Source: Phoronis australis
Taxonomy: Eukaryota; Animalia; Phoronida
Assembly (NCBI GenBank): GCA_002633005.1
Contig: NMRA01000017.1
Coordinates: 764,001 to 828,000, forward strand
DNA length: 64,000 nt
Reading direction: 5' to 3'
The notes beneath the pieces are model-generated. The model had not been told where the DNA came from, ran no database searches, and saw nothing but the letters and a program-made list of their open reading frames with translations. Shown here in pieces: positions 51,701 through 63,094 of this stretch. How positions within the stretch are numbered: position 1 is the stretch's first letter; each line of letters starts with the position of its first letter. The position numbers and the translations under genes were made by a program.

Positions 51701-54700
51701 CATCTCTGCCCATTTGAAAAGCTGAACCCCAAATCAAAGTTAGCTTCCATTCTCGTGGAGTAACAAGTGAGCAGACGATATCTGAGATTGTATTCTAAAC
51801 GCCTGCTTCCCTGGTTTTTGTGCGTTTTATGGATTTTTATTTATTGTCACCAATTTTTAGTTTATCCCTGTTTCACTCAGTAGCGACTGCCATTTGTAAT
51901 ATCGCTATGGCTAATTTGACCTACTTTGTTGCGTTCTCGGTTTCATTTATCGTTAGGAGAATATGGGATTTTAATTACCAAAAACTTTCGAGTGTATGAC
52001 ATTTGTTTAATTCCTGAAATGTATAGTGAATGTAAATTCACGTAATTTATCCACCTTTAACCGTGGTTGATCAGGTTGGAACTTTGTAATTCCAGCCGTA
52101 GAAAGTAGTTCTGATTTGGTCACTTGACGATAGTTACTTTAATGGTCACATGACCGTACAATAATCCTTCGTTATTGCACGGACAAGTGACAGGTGACGT
52201 ATGCGGTATAAATTCGTATAATTCATGCTTCACTGTCACCATTTATGACGTACGTCAAGTTGCAACTCCACTGCGTTTATGAGGTTTCCACTGTGTTGTT
52301 ATTTCATTTTATAGGATGAGAAGAATCAGATTTTCACCACAAACTGTTGGCTTAATCAGGTAAGATCTACACTTTATTCCTATTGAAGATTCATTGTATT
52401 TATTCTCTACCATATTCAACATACGCACAGGATGGCAAAATTTCTTCTCGTCGAAAGTGGGCGAAATATCGAAGCGAAATTTTGGGTAACTTTCAAACGA
52501 TTTCGTGTTATTTTTTGTTTGGTCCGTGCAGGCTCAAGTAATTAGAACGTCGAAAAATGAAACAATTTGGGCCAGAGATGCGGGCAAATTGTGACAGTCT
52601 GGGCTCGCAGCGCTGACCCAAATTGTCACAAGTTGTGACAATTTGAGCCTTCACACTGGTCTCCTTTTGAGTTTTCGCCATATAACTTTGACGAAGACAA
52701 ACGAAGACTGACGCCTTTCAACGAAACTCGTCAGCTTGTTTTCGAATAGTGTTCACTTGCGGGGCATGTTAGTTGACTCGGATGTTGGTAATCAAGAAAA
52801 ATAGGAAATTTCTTGCATTTTTAATGACATTTTATTTAAACTAACTACATGAAGATCAGTAATATGTCATTGGTTTTCGGACGGGTTCGACTACTGTGAC
52901 GTCCCTAATGGCACTTCCGGTTTTGCGTCAATGGCTGTATCTCCTAAATCATTTGCAGGATCTTTGTGGTTTTGTAGCGAGTGTTTTCCTGTGAAAATGT
53001 CCACGATTTTTCTTACTACCGCTGCGCCCCGTAGTGATAATTTTAGTTTTCACATTTGACTCGGTATCTTCAGAGTTTATTGTCAGTTTTCAGTGGCGCA
53101 TTTATAGGAGGGCTAAGGGAGGCATTGCACTCCCTAAAATTCTCCCAGATTCCAGTTGGCAGTTCGGGGGTGCGAATGTCTGACGGGCAAATTTCTGGTT
53201 AATACTCTGTCCTGTTCCCCCCTAACTCAAAATCTTTGATCCGCCCTTGGATTTTCACGACATTTGGCAAATACGGTGGCGCCTTTCTATTTCGGGACAC
53301 ACGTTACCCCACCTAGTGCCCACTGTTTATTATTTTCGAATAATTTTGTTCTATGTCTCTGTATCTGCCAAATAGCTCGGAGGATCATCGTGACAATTGG
53401 CAGACGTATTTACGCTGACAAGAACATGACTGACGTTGATTTTCGGATGAAGGTTTAAGGGTCAAATTCGCGTTGGGGCTGATGTCAGCGTATCTATTTG
53501 GTCGCCGATAATGTCACTTGAAAGCGACAAGAAACCAGCGTTAAACAAGAAGAAATTTTGAGTTTTAAATCAATCCGCTCAGACCTACAATTGTAAAATT
53601 TGTCTCAACGTGTTCCTTACTCAGTTGAAAAGTAATTTCGGCGTGCAAAGATGCCACTTCGTTATTCCTCGAGACCACACTCAGCGTATAAAAAGGCTTC
53701 GAGTGGCAAGTCAAGTTTTTAAGTCTGGTCTAAATCAATAACCCGTTTCTCAAGCCCAGAAATTACACCCATATTGACTACGTAACAATTCGAGACCAAT
53801 TTCATGACGGTGAGTGGCCTAAATAAAAAATTGATCACATGTTAGTCAACTGGTTTATAGCCACAGGTTAAGAGATAATTTAAGATTATGCATGTAGTAT
53901 TCCTTGACCTCATGATGTCGTCTGTAACGTGGCAACATTTCCGTCCTAAAACCATCCTGAAACGGTATCACATGAAAATTGAATTACTACTATCGGTCAT
54001 TGCACGGCTCTGACCACACTCTCAAGTTGCTAGTTGCTCAAATGAAATGAACGTCACCGGGAGAATCTCAATTAATTCAAACAGTTACGAACAAATCCCT
54101 CACATTGGTATTCTCTGTACTCTAAAAACCTCGACAAACACGATACACGTCTAATGTGGGTATCGGCGAGTTGCCAAGACTCTCTGCTGTTTTAGCGCGT
54201 TCATGTAGAACAAAGAGGCTACTATAGGGTAGAGTTCAGTAACGCAAGGACCTCGCTAGGAGCTCGCTGGAAAAGCAAAAGTTCTCAAGATTTCAGGAGA
54301 TATTTTCGTGTATTTCAAATGAGAGCACGTGACTTTGGCTAGATTTTCCTCTCCGCGAGACCACTGAGCTACTGAACTCTACCCAGGTGTCATTTGATGT
54401 GCCTCGGTTTGCGTGTTTAAACCTTGCGCGCACCCAGCCCTGAAAAATGGGGGGCTCAAAGTTTTGATGATGTGGACCTTTTACTAAGATTCATGGGTAC
54501 GTTCAGAGCTATGAATTATGCATTCGCCGAGCTTTGGTAGTTCCTGTCTTTTTAGTGGACTATTGTCTCGTTTTCTACTTTTTTCGGAGTTTCTGTTTCT
54601 CTGAGGTGGACCTTTTTGCCCACTTCGCCAAATGGGAGGTCTCGTTCGAGCCCCCCCCCGAACACCACCTGGGTGCGCTCATGTAAATGGTGTTTCCTTG

Positions 54701-57700
54701 TGCTGCTAAAAATTGCAAGGGCTATCTGGATTGTCTAATATACCCTGAAAAATGAGAATCCGTTCGAGGAAGGCTTTTTAGAGTTTAAATCAATTTTCCT
54801 GAAATAGATCCCAGAAGGCCACAAACGAAAGAAAGACGAAATCGGTCGTTTTTCTAACACCTAATTTGTCAACTTATTCCAAGATCTCATCTGGCTTCCA
54901 AGAGAGAATGTGTCTCCGTGAAAACAAATGCAATATGTACTCTTCTTGGGCTCTTGTCGCCGACCCGTGGGCTGAATTAGTTGTCATTTATATGCCATTG
55001 CTTCTCGAAAGCTGGCATTTTCGTGAAAAATTCTTAATCTTAATAAGAGCTACAGAACTTGTCATCTTTGTCCAATAAAGCCGTAAATACTTCCGGATGG
55101 ATGTTGTTAAAAAATAACGACTTCAATGTGTTTTTGTAGCAGTTACGGATAGCATAGCTCATGTTCTGTGGTATACCGATTGCTCATTTTTGGGTTTGGG
55201 TTTGCTTTCGTTTGGCAGGATATGCCAGTGTATTGAAAAACATTTTCATTTGTTATTATGCGGGACAACAGCTCCGAGGCGTTTTGATAGCGCACTATAC
55301 AAGAGTAACTGTAAACACGTGTGTAGCATTACATTCAGGACGCCTTGATATATAATTTCTAACGCACGCCACCTGGTGACTACAAAGTGAACTATGGTGC
55401 CTGGAAGTGATTATAGACATGTCCATAGAAAGTGTTAACTCCGCCCCTGGCGCCACCATAGATTAAATACTATGCTACATTTTCACATCCTAGCATTAAG
55501 TCAACCAAAACCCTTCGTAGTTGTGATTTCAAGTATATTCCTTTTGCTATATTCAAAATTGCTCAAATTGAGTCCTTTCGATTGCGCTTGCTCCCAATAG
55601 GCAACTACTCATCTAAGGCTTGCCTAAAAAACTTCACAGTATCGAGTAAGTGCAGTTTGACCTTGGGTCTAGCAATAGCACGGAGGCTAGAAAAAAAACT
55701 GCATTTGGAATACTAAAAATGACAGGTTTTATTGTTTCCATCGGGAATTGTTGTAGTTTTTGCAACGCAAAACTGTATATTTGCACACGACATGACGACT
55801 CGACCGCGGTTTATCATAGATGGCGCGCAGAACGCCAGTAGGACAATAGCGCCCGCTACAAGAAAAATTCTGACGCATCTCGGAGTATTTAATCTATAAT
55901 GCCACTCACTGTGGCTATCAGAAATCCACCAACGTTTCAAATGTGAGCTGTCAGTATCAGGAAGAATGGAAAATTCTATTTGGAGAAATAGGTACATAGA
56001 CGACGTTTTACATAAATACGGTACAAAAATATATAAACAGGATTCTTCAACATCATTGACCAACAAAATCTTACTTTTATGGAATATATAATCTTTTCGC
56101 TTGGTATTCTATTGAAAATGCTTCTCTATTTCAGGCCTGGTTGGATTATAAACTAACGTGGAATCCGAATGAATACGGTGGCATAAAAGTTATCCGAATT
56201 CCTTATGATACGGTCTGGAGACCGGACATCTTGCTTTATAACAAGTAGGTGTCACAAATTGTCACGACAATCTATAAATTGTTATAACCGTAGCCAGATG
56301 CGTTTTAGCAGGAAAATAATAAAATATCACAAAATACCTTAGTATGTCTCCACGTTTCATCTCACGCCCTTGTCGGCCTTAATATCCTTAACAACAAAAT
56401 CTGGCGGAGGTAACATTCAGGAATTAAGCAAATGAAGTAGCAAAGCCGGCGATCGTATAGCCTACATGTACGTTGCTAGTTGACAACGATAAATTATTCA
56501 GTAAATCCTATCCTGATCATTGGCCACTTAGAGAAGTTTACACCGGCAAGAAAACGAGGTGAAACGTGAAAATAAACTCAGGTTTCGCTATTTTTTTGTT
56601 GCTTTCTTGTCAAAACGGGCTCGCGCTCCAAGAAACTGACTGATGTTCACTTTTGACTTGAGTTTATGATTTAGATTGAGTCAGTTTTCTTGGAACGGGC
56701 CCCTGGTTAAGAGCGTGCTATTGGTCAAAGAAGTGCACCTGTGATGCTTAAAACAACTTGCGCGTTATCGTTTCCAGCCCATAATGCAATGGTTAGGGGA
56801 AGGAGGAAATGTCGAACTATTTGACTAACGTTAATTACGAACGACACAGTCGTGGGTCAAGAACTTGAGTTGTACATACAGTCTCCGTCTACTCTGAAGT
56901 ATCTGTTTCTTAGGTTTCTGTACCTGTTATTAGATTGACAGGGTTTGAACTTTTGGAAAAACTATTTTAAGGAAAAATGGCAAAAAGGGCCTATATTTAG
57001 TCTCAAAACAGCGTATCTGTAGAATGTATAGTATGTAAGAGCTGCAAAGTTACCATGACTTCAATGTTACTAATTTCTTTCATTCCATATTCATTTTTTG
57101 TCCACAGCTTTGGAAAATATGAAAAAGGAATTACTGATTCTAAGAAATTTGGGCTAGATAGTTCAATAAAGACCTAGTCATACCTCCGTGCTTGGGATTC
57201 CCGATAACAACTCATATTTTCAGTGCTGATGTGTCGTCGTTTATGTCAGCGGTGAGCACCAACGTGATTGTTGAATTTAACGGCAACATTACATGGCTGA
57301 GCACCGTTATCTTCAAGTCATCATGTACTATAAACGTAGGATACTTTCCGTTCGACGAACAGAATTGCTCCATGAAATTTGCAAGCTGGACATACGACGG
57401 CTTTCAAGTAGGTGAAATAAAGCCTGGTCGACAAAACGTTGCAAGATTTACAATCGCAGCGTTTTCGCAGCTTGCTAGAGACGTTGCTGACATATCATCA
57501 AAATTGTATTTTTCTTCAGCTGTACTGCCTATAAGGCCTGTGTACACCTCGTGTTACCACAGGTTACTGGCCTTTTCTATGATACAAAGTCAGCGGAAAC
57601 CTTTGAAAAATTTAACTGTGACTGTGGCACTTGCAACATTTTGTAGCTCAGACGCAAGTTTCTGAAGACGAGTTTAATTAAATGCTTGCGTACCTGCGGT

Positions 57701-60700
57701 TGTCCACACACTCCCAACATGGAATTCACTCGTTGATTGTCATAGTTACACCTGTGCTCGAGGACGTGTATTTGTGTCCTCACGGTTTCACTAGAAGTCC
57801 TCCATCAGGTATTGTATTTAGTTACACGACTCGTCTATTGTTTGTAGTTCGTGTAATTATTTTAGGAAAGACTTGAATGCCAGTTTCTGAAAAAAATATT
57901 CAAATAATTTCATTGAAGGTTGGAGCACGTGGTCTCTTCAGACTTGACGATGTGAACATTGATATCAAGCAGAAGAACTAAGGTCTGAAAGATGGTTGAA
58001 AGAACTGCAACAGTAGACCAATGTCAGAAACGTCGTTTTCTGTCGATAAAATTTTATCTTAAAATGACTAAGACAATTTTAATATTTTGTTTTTTTAATA
58101 TTTTATTAACTTGTTTCACCAACAGGTGAATCTGGACAAAGTTAGTGATGATGGTGACCTTTCAAACTACATCCCCAGCACAGAATGGGCCCTCATCAAC
58201 CTCTACGTTGAGCGCAATGTTGTCTACTATAGTTGTTGCAAAGAACCCTATCCTGACGTCACCTACTATATCCACATACGGCGGCGCCCTCTATTCTACG
58301 TATTCAACATGATTTTGCCATGCATACTCATCACATTCGTCGCCTTACTTGGTTTCTACATGCCGCCAGACTCAGGGGAAAAGGTCACCATGGGAATCAC
58401 CACACTGCTGTCCATGACTGTCTTCTTAATGTTAGTTGCCGAGGCGATGCCACCTACGTCAGATACGCTGCCGCTAATAGGTGAGTCAAGATGGCTGCCA
58501 TATTTTCTTCCCGAAACGGTTGCTGACTTGTTTAAAAGTGTTACCTTCTGAGTAATACACCTGCTTGTCATGAAGTTAACCACAAACGCCAGATATTAGC
58601 ATTTAGAACACTTTCATTCAAATGGTTTAGAAAAGGAACAAGTTCGTATGTTGTTTAGTTATATGTTATTTTCGTTTAGAAAATTCACTTTAAAACAATC
58701 GCTTTATTTTCATTGACATATGATCCTAATACCACTGCAGAGTAAAGTATTCCAATTAAAATAATTTCAGGTATCTACTACGGCATCACAATAGCTATAG
58801 TATCATTCGCAACAGCGATGACAGTGTTGACGTTAAACATACACCACAAAGGTATTCGTGGCAAAGAGGTTCCAAACGTCATCAAGAAAATATGCTTCGG
58901 ATTTCTAGCCAGGGTTCTTTGTATACATCTGGAGTTGCCAGATACTATACCGTCAACAGACACAGTGAGTACTTTAGCGGTTGTCGCCATGTTTTTCTCC
59001 CTCGCCTTGGTCATCTTCGTCATCACCACCACCAAGCCTCAAGCATCATTTCATGAATCTGCTTTCGAAGTGTTGAGCTTGTAGGTTGCACCTAAAGTTT
59101 CCTAACCAATTTACACCAAGCTCGTCGGATGCAATGTTCGTCCATTTCCGTTATCGTGTACATTACTACATATCATCATACAAGTTTATGCAACTAATGT
59201 CCCTTAAAACGCATTTTTAAGGTACAAGAAATATTTTTGTGAGCGCAAAACCACTTAGAACTCTAAGAAAGGAAAGCCAACTTCGATCTAGCGCGACTGA
59301 GGTTGCACGGCGCTTGCGTGGGAAGTCATTTAAATTAGGTTGTTCTGGTATTCTTTCTTGCTATGGAATATAGGGGTTCGGGTGATTTTTTGATACAAAC
59401 GAAGTAAGTTAAGAACTGTCATCACCTAAAACCTGTTCCGAACAAATTTTATCTACATTTTTGAACATGTAATGTCCCTAAGCATTGTCATATGGAGATC
59501 ATCTGCTTGCGATTCCAGAGTCGGTACTGCTGCTGCCTAGCTGATAGGCGTGACGTCAACCCATCTGAACATATTATAATAAGTGATCAAGCACTACCTG
59601 TGCTCTTATACGGTACCAAAATCGTGTACCAATAGGGCCTGGAGTCCAATTTTTTTACACGAAATCGTATTCGAAATTATTATTTTGACATTTTCTATTC
59701 TACTTCCGTGTGAGCTCAAGAAGAGTTTCCGTCGTTCCATGACCAAGTGCACGATGGCTTGCGCGAATAACTTTCTAATCCTGCCTCCCGTTCAGTAACG
59801 CTAGGACCTCGCTAAAAAACCAAGATTACGCGAGATATGGCCGTGCATTTTAAATGAGAACACGTGACTTTGGCTAGATTTTCGCTAGGTCCTAGCGTAG
59901 GTCCTAGCGTCTACTGAACGCAAGCGCGGTTTGCACTTGATACGTCCACCCTTAAGGTTAAAAGTTCGAGTCTGAAATCAAAGTTTCGAGTTTTTACTCA
60001 AGTTTTAAATGGAGTCTAGGGATTGTCAAATGCCAACTTGGACTTGGAACTCATTTGCATAAGTACAAAATAATGCACAAAGGTAGAACAGAAAATTACA
60101 AAATTTGTTTCGAGTTCGATTTCATGGTTAGACCCCAAGGAAGACATATTTTTTTCTTGCTGTGACCTATATTAACAGATATTTTCAACACCAGTCCAAG
60201 GGGAAATTTGTGACCTTCGTTACTGGCAGTAAAATCCATCTAGTCCTATGGTTACGTGTATGTTAAGTGCACGCGTTGAAGCGAAACATTTATGTAGTGT
60301 ATATTACGACTGGCAGTCAGAGAGTGCACAAGCCGTTTATGGCTTTTTCAAGTATACAAGCTCGAAGACTTCAGGCGCAATAACTCTAAAACCAATTTTC
60401 CAGAGTGGGCACACTCGAGTATTTGACTTCAGCTTATTGATATAATATTCGTCAATTTTCTATCTGGCATTATCCTATGTGCATAGTTCATATATGTCTT
60501 GGTCTTTTGTTCATATGTGCAAAATTAGTATCTTCAGCAGAACATATTCATTGCAAGACATGGGACACATTGGTGACCATTAAAACTATATAAGAGCGGG
60601 CGAAAATTCACAATGCACTTGCTTAAACACCTTATAACGCAGTGCAGAGTGCACGGATGACGTCATATATTGGTGCCACTGACAACATTGGCTGTTACCA

Positions 60701-61909
60701 ATTCCGTTACGTTCCCGCTCCTAGTTACAACTCTTTTTCGCACCTTACAAACCAGCACTGTAATAGTTGTTATGGTCCCGAATGATTGGCCCTTCACACC
60801 CTTCAAATTATTGGGGGTAGGTTGTCCTACAGTCTGCAATTTGACGCCATTACGTCATAAAAGTGATCATCAATTGCTTTTTTCCAACCCATCACCTCTT
60901 TATGCATATAGCTGCTGCCGTGATATCTTGTCGTACACGAGATTCTCGTTTACAGTACATTCCGTTCTGCTGTTACAGAATGCCAATGCCAAAGACTCGG
61001 AGGATGGGCGAGCTGCGTATTTTCGACTGAAGGGGTCGCTCAAGAAATTCGCCGGAAGCGAAAATAATAGTGTCTCCGGCAAAAAGTCTGTGTTTGTAAG
61101 TTACTAGAAGATTGATAAACACATATTTGGACTTAGGGAGTTCAGCTAATCCAGTGACAAGAATAAAAACGTCGCCATCGGTATGCCGTTTTCAAGAGTA
61201 AAGCGACTGTCACATTTTCCCATTGAAAATTGCAGTTGCACCCTTAAGACAGCCTACCCCCGCTAATAAAATATAAGATCTGTTTCAGAAAACAAGTACC
61301 AATTTTGATTTAGGAGATTTTGCAAACTTTAATGATATTTTTTCTAAATTGAGAGGAGGCGCTTATACATTACGTGTAAGAGGTTGCAGGCAACAATTGC
61401 GTAATTTTATGATTTTTGTTTTGTTTATCGTGTACTTTATGACAATATACTCTTACACAACTTATGATTGTTAATAATTGAATGAAATGAACGAAAGTAT
61501 TCTCTATATATGCTTATATTTAAGCTTGTCTATTCTTTTATTTCAGGAATTTGTACCTGCACAGAAAGATGACGTTGAAAAAATGCCGGAAAATGGCGGC
61601 GTATCTCCTCGCTTCAGCGGACGTCTTCCACATATATCAAACGTTTCCTCGTCGGGCTCAGCCGACATTTTTGAGAAACACTTTATACGGGTGTTGAATA
61701 AAGTCTATCAGACAATTGAGAAAAACGAAGTGCGACTATCTGAGCAGGATAGACGGGATTCTATTAAACTTGAGTGGCAGCAGGTGGCGTTGGTAGTTGA
61801 CCGCGTGCTGTTGTACCTGTTTCTCATAGCAACCGTTGCTGTGACAATGGCCATCATGCTCCAAGCGCCCAACACCGGGGGGAGCGAGGAATCGGCGACT
61901 CAGTCATGA
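45718..61909 (+). CDS. Nicotinic acetylcholine receptor alpha subunit (alpha9/alpha10-like), whole coding span, 9 exons, 522 aa
   Basis: join(45718-45772,48833-48978,52315-52359,56135-56244,57224-57407,58126-58480,58771-58964,60979-61095,61547-61909) = 1569 nt. All introns are GT-AG with consistent phase. The protein has the Cys-loop [15 protein letters not shown], loop [13 protein letters not shown] before M2, and M1-M4. Confidence 0.95.
48833..48978 (+). CDS. nAChR exon 2 ([13 protein letters not shown]...LAQIIDV)
   Basis: TTATTTTAG acceptor and GTG|GTAAGG donor; typical N-terminal helix and RP motif. Confidence 0.93.
50379..50538. repeat. Imperfect ~160 bp palindrome (foldback/MITE-like)
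   Basis: ATAAGTAAG..TTAGTCTCATA..TATATTGGTCACATCACGTGAC pairs with GTTACGTGATGCGACCAATATA..TATGAGACTAA..CTTACTTAT. Confidence 0.8.
50560..50752 (-). mobile_element. tRNA-derived SINE-like element
   Basis: The minus strand shows an A-box-like TGGTGATGTGG and a B-box GGTTCGAATCC in a GGCCGGATTCGAACCCGG stem at tRNA-like spacing, without a proper acceptor stem. The 3' boundary is approximate. Confidence 0.6.
51231..51357. repeat. 127 bp near-perfect hairpin (MITE-like)
   Basis: AGTCGTTATCCCCC-TTATCTAGAGCCC-GTGGATTTT-GGAGAATT pairs with AATTCTCC-AAAATCCAC-GGGCTCTAGATAA-GGGGGATAACGACT. Confidence 0.9.
52315..52359 (+). CDS. nAChR exon 3 ([15 protein letters not shown])
   Basis: TTTTATAG acceptor and CAG|GTAAGA donor; the conserved 45-nt nAChR exon carrying the loop D Trp. 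Confidence 0.95.
53091..53249 (+). mobile_element. MITE-like family B, copy 2
   Basis: Colinear similarity to 33798-33958. Confidence 0.7.
54227..54384. mobile_element. MITE-like family A, full copy
   Basis: 15 bp TIR: GGGTAGAGTTCAGTA ... TACTGAACTCTACCC. Confidence 0.75.
54423..54683. mobile_element. MITE-like element with CTTGCGCGCACCCAG / CTGGGTGCGCTCATG ends
   Basis: Imperfect 15 bp TIRs and internal GTGGACCTTTTT repeats; no target-site duplication seen. Confidence 0.55.
56135..56244 (+). CDS. nAChR exon 4 ([36 protein letters not shown])
   Basis: CTATTTCAG acceptor and AA|GTAGGT donor; 110-nt exon with the WxPD motif and loop A. Confidence 0.95.
56617..56706. mobile_element. Short MITE-like family D copy
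   Basis: CCAAGAAACTGACT ... AGTCAGTTTTCTTGG inverted ends. Confidence 0.55.
57224..57407 (+). CDS. nAChR exon 5 (Cys-loop, loop B SWTYDG)
   Basis: ATTTTCAG acceptor in phase 2 and CAA|GTAGGT donor. Confidence 0.95.
58126..58480 (+). CDS. nAChR exon 6 (loop C vicinal cysteines, M1, M2)
   Basis: CAACAG acceptor and AG|GTGAGT donor; encodes [17 protein letters not shown] and PPDSGEKV. Confidence 0.97.
58771..58964 (+). CDS. nAChR exon 7 (M3 and start of intracellular loop)
   Basis: ATTTCAG acceptor in phase 1 and ACA|GTGAGT donor; encodes [27 protein letters not shown]. Confidence 0.93.
59790..59919. mobile_element. MITE-like family A copy
   Basis: GTTCAGTAACGCTAGGACCT ... AGGTCCTAGCGTCTACTGAAC inverted ends. 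Confidence 0.75.
60979..61095 (+). CDS. nAChR exon 8 (intracellular loop, 117 nt, phase 0-0)
   Basis: CTGTTACAG acceptor and TTT|GTAAGT donor; open and in phase, but with no conserved motif to confirm it. Confidence 0.72.
61547..61909 (+). CDS. nAChR exon 9 (MA helix, M4, stop)
   Basis: TTTATTTCAG acceptor; [11 protein letters not shown] followed by the hydrophobic M4; TGA ends at 61909. Confidence 0.95.
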   Translation, partial: EFVPAQKDDVEKMPENGGVSPRFSGRLPHISNVSSSGSADIFEKHFIRVLNKVYQTIEKNEVRLSEQDRRDSIKLEWQQVALVVDRVLLYLFLIATVAVTMAIMLQAPNTGGSEESATQS

Positions 61910-62878
61910 TCGCTGTCTCCTTGAGTGGGTGATGTCATAACTATGTTGTTCGACTCACGTTCAAGAATGTTGCCGTACTATCAGGGTCAATCGTACAGCG
62001 GAATTCTGGTCATTCGATTCCTCGCAGTCTGCATAATTTGCAAGACTACGTTGTTTGTCGTGAGTTGTCAACTGTCAATCAAACGTCTAAGTGATTATAT
62101 CGCTACCTCGTTTTTCAAATGATCATGTTGAAAAACTTATTGATGTTGGATGGCTTCTTTAGTGCTTTTTTACGTCAACATCGCATAGTTTGGTTGTTGT
62201 CATACAGTGGACAGCAACAGCAGGACGTGACGGAAGATGAAGACGATTATACCTTTATCGAGCAGTTTCATGGATTGAAATCTAGCTAAATATTCGTATA
62301 ACGGGACGCTCGCAATATTGGAAGTATGTGCACAACTTTGTGATTTATTTGATGTCGATGACCTTCGTGGTGGCGACGAGTGTGACTGCGTCACAGGATT
62401 AACAATTTGTTAGAGCCATTGTTTTTTGAGTTTATTTCAGCCTGTTTTAGAAACGTTCCCTGCTTGTCACGTTTTTACAAGGCTAATGCATAAGCATAAG
62501 CGGTGAAATATGCCTTGTAACCAATCAAAACGATGTGTTTTGAATACACACATGTGTTTTAATTCCGTATTTTTATACTGTCCCGCATGAAATTCATATA
62601 CTCTACTAGACGGCAACGTTATAGAACTTGTCTATATTATGTTTTGTTGATCAAATACAGGAACTTGTTTGATCTTCTGAAACAAACGGGAAACGTGCAG
62701 TTTTCTTTTGACAAATTTTGAATTAATAATAATCAAATGTAGTTGTAGGAACTCCATGGATTTCTTGCTTTATAGCAAAAATGACGAAGAAATAAGGTGA
62801 ACATCGATAATCATGTTTGTAAAATCGTTTTTAGGCCGTGTTCTTTAAATGAGTTCATAACTTGTTTTATACCTGCAT

Positions 62879-62893
62879 AATAAATAAATAAAA
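62879..62893 (+). terminator. Candidate polyadenylation signals for the nAChR gene
   Basis: Overlapping AATAAATAAATAAA about 970 bp after the stop, followed by T-rich sequence. Confidence 0.5.
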
Positions 62894-62930
62894 GTTGAAA
62901 TGAACATTTATTGATACTTTATTAGGTAAG

Positions 62931-63016
62931 CATGGGTGGCGCACCACAGGGGGCGCTACTGCCCATGGTCTGTGGGCGGTGCTATAGCCCCCTTTTTCAG
63001 TGCGCCGCCTCCCGTG
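62931..63016. mobile_element. Short GC-rich MITE-like element
   Basis: CATGGGTGGCGCAC ... GTGCGCCGCCTCCCGTG imperfect inverted ends; resembles 7063-7136. Confidence 0.45.
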
Positions 63017-63094
63017 GCCTACATGTGGGACCGTTGTAGCAATGTTTAACAGACGCCGCCAAAAATAATTGTGACCGACGAGGAGTTTATACCT

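Noticed and set aside
48979-56134. Mutually exclusive duplicates of nAChR exon 3 or 4, as in some insect subunits
   Set aside because: I saw no second DEKNQ-like or WxPD-like exon in these introns by eye; a diverged copy cannot be fully excluded.
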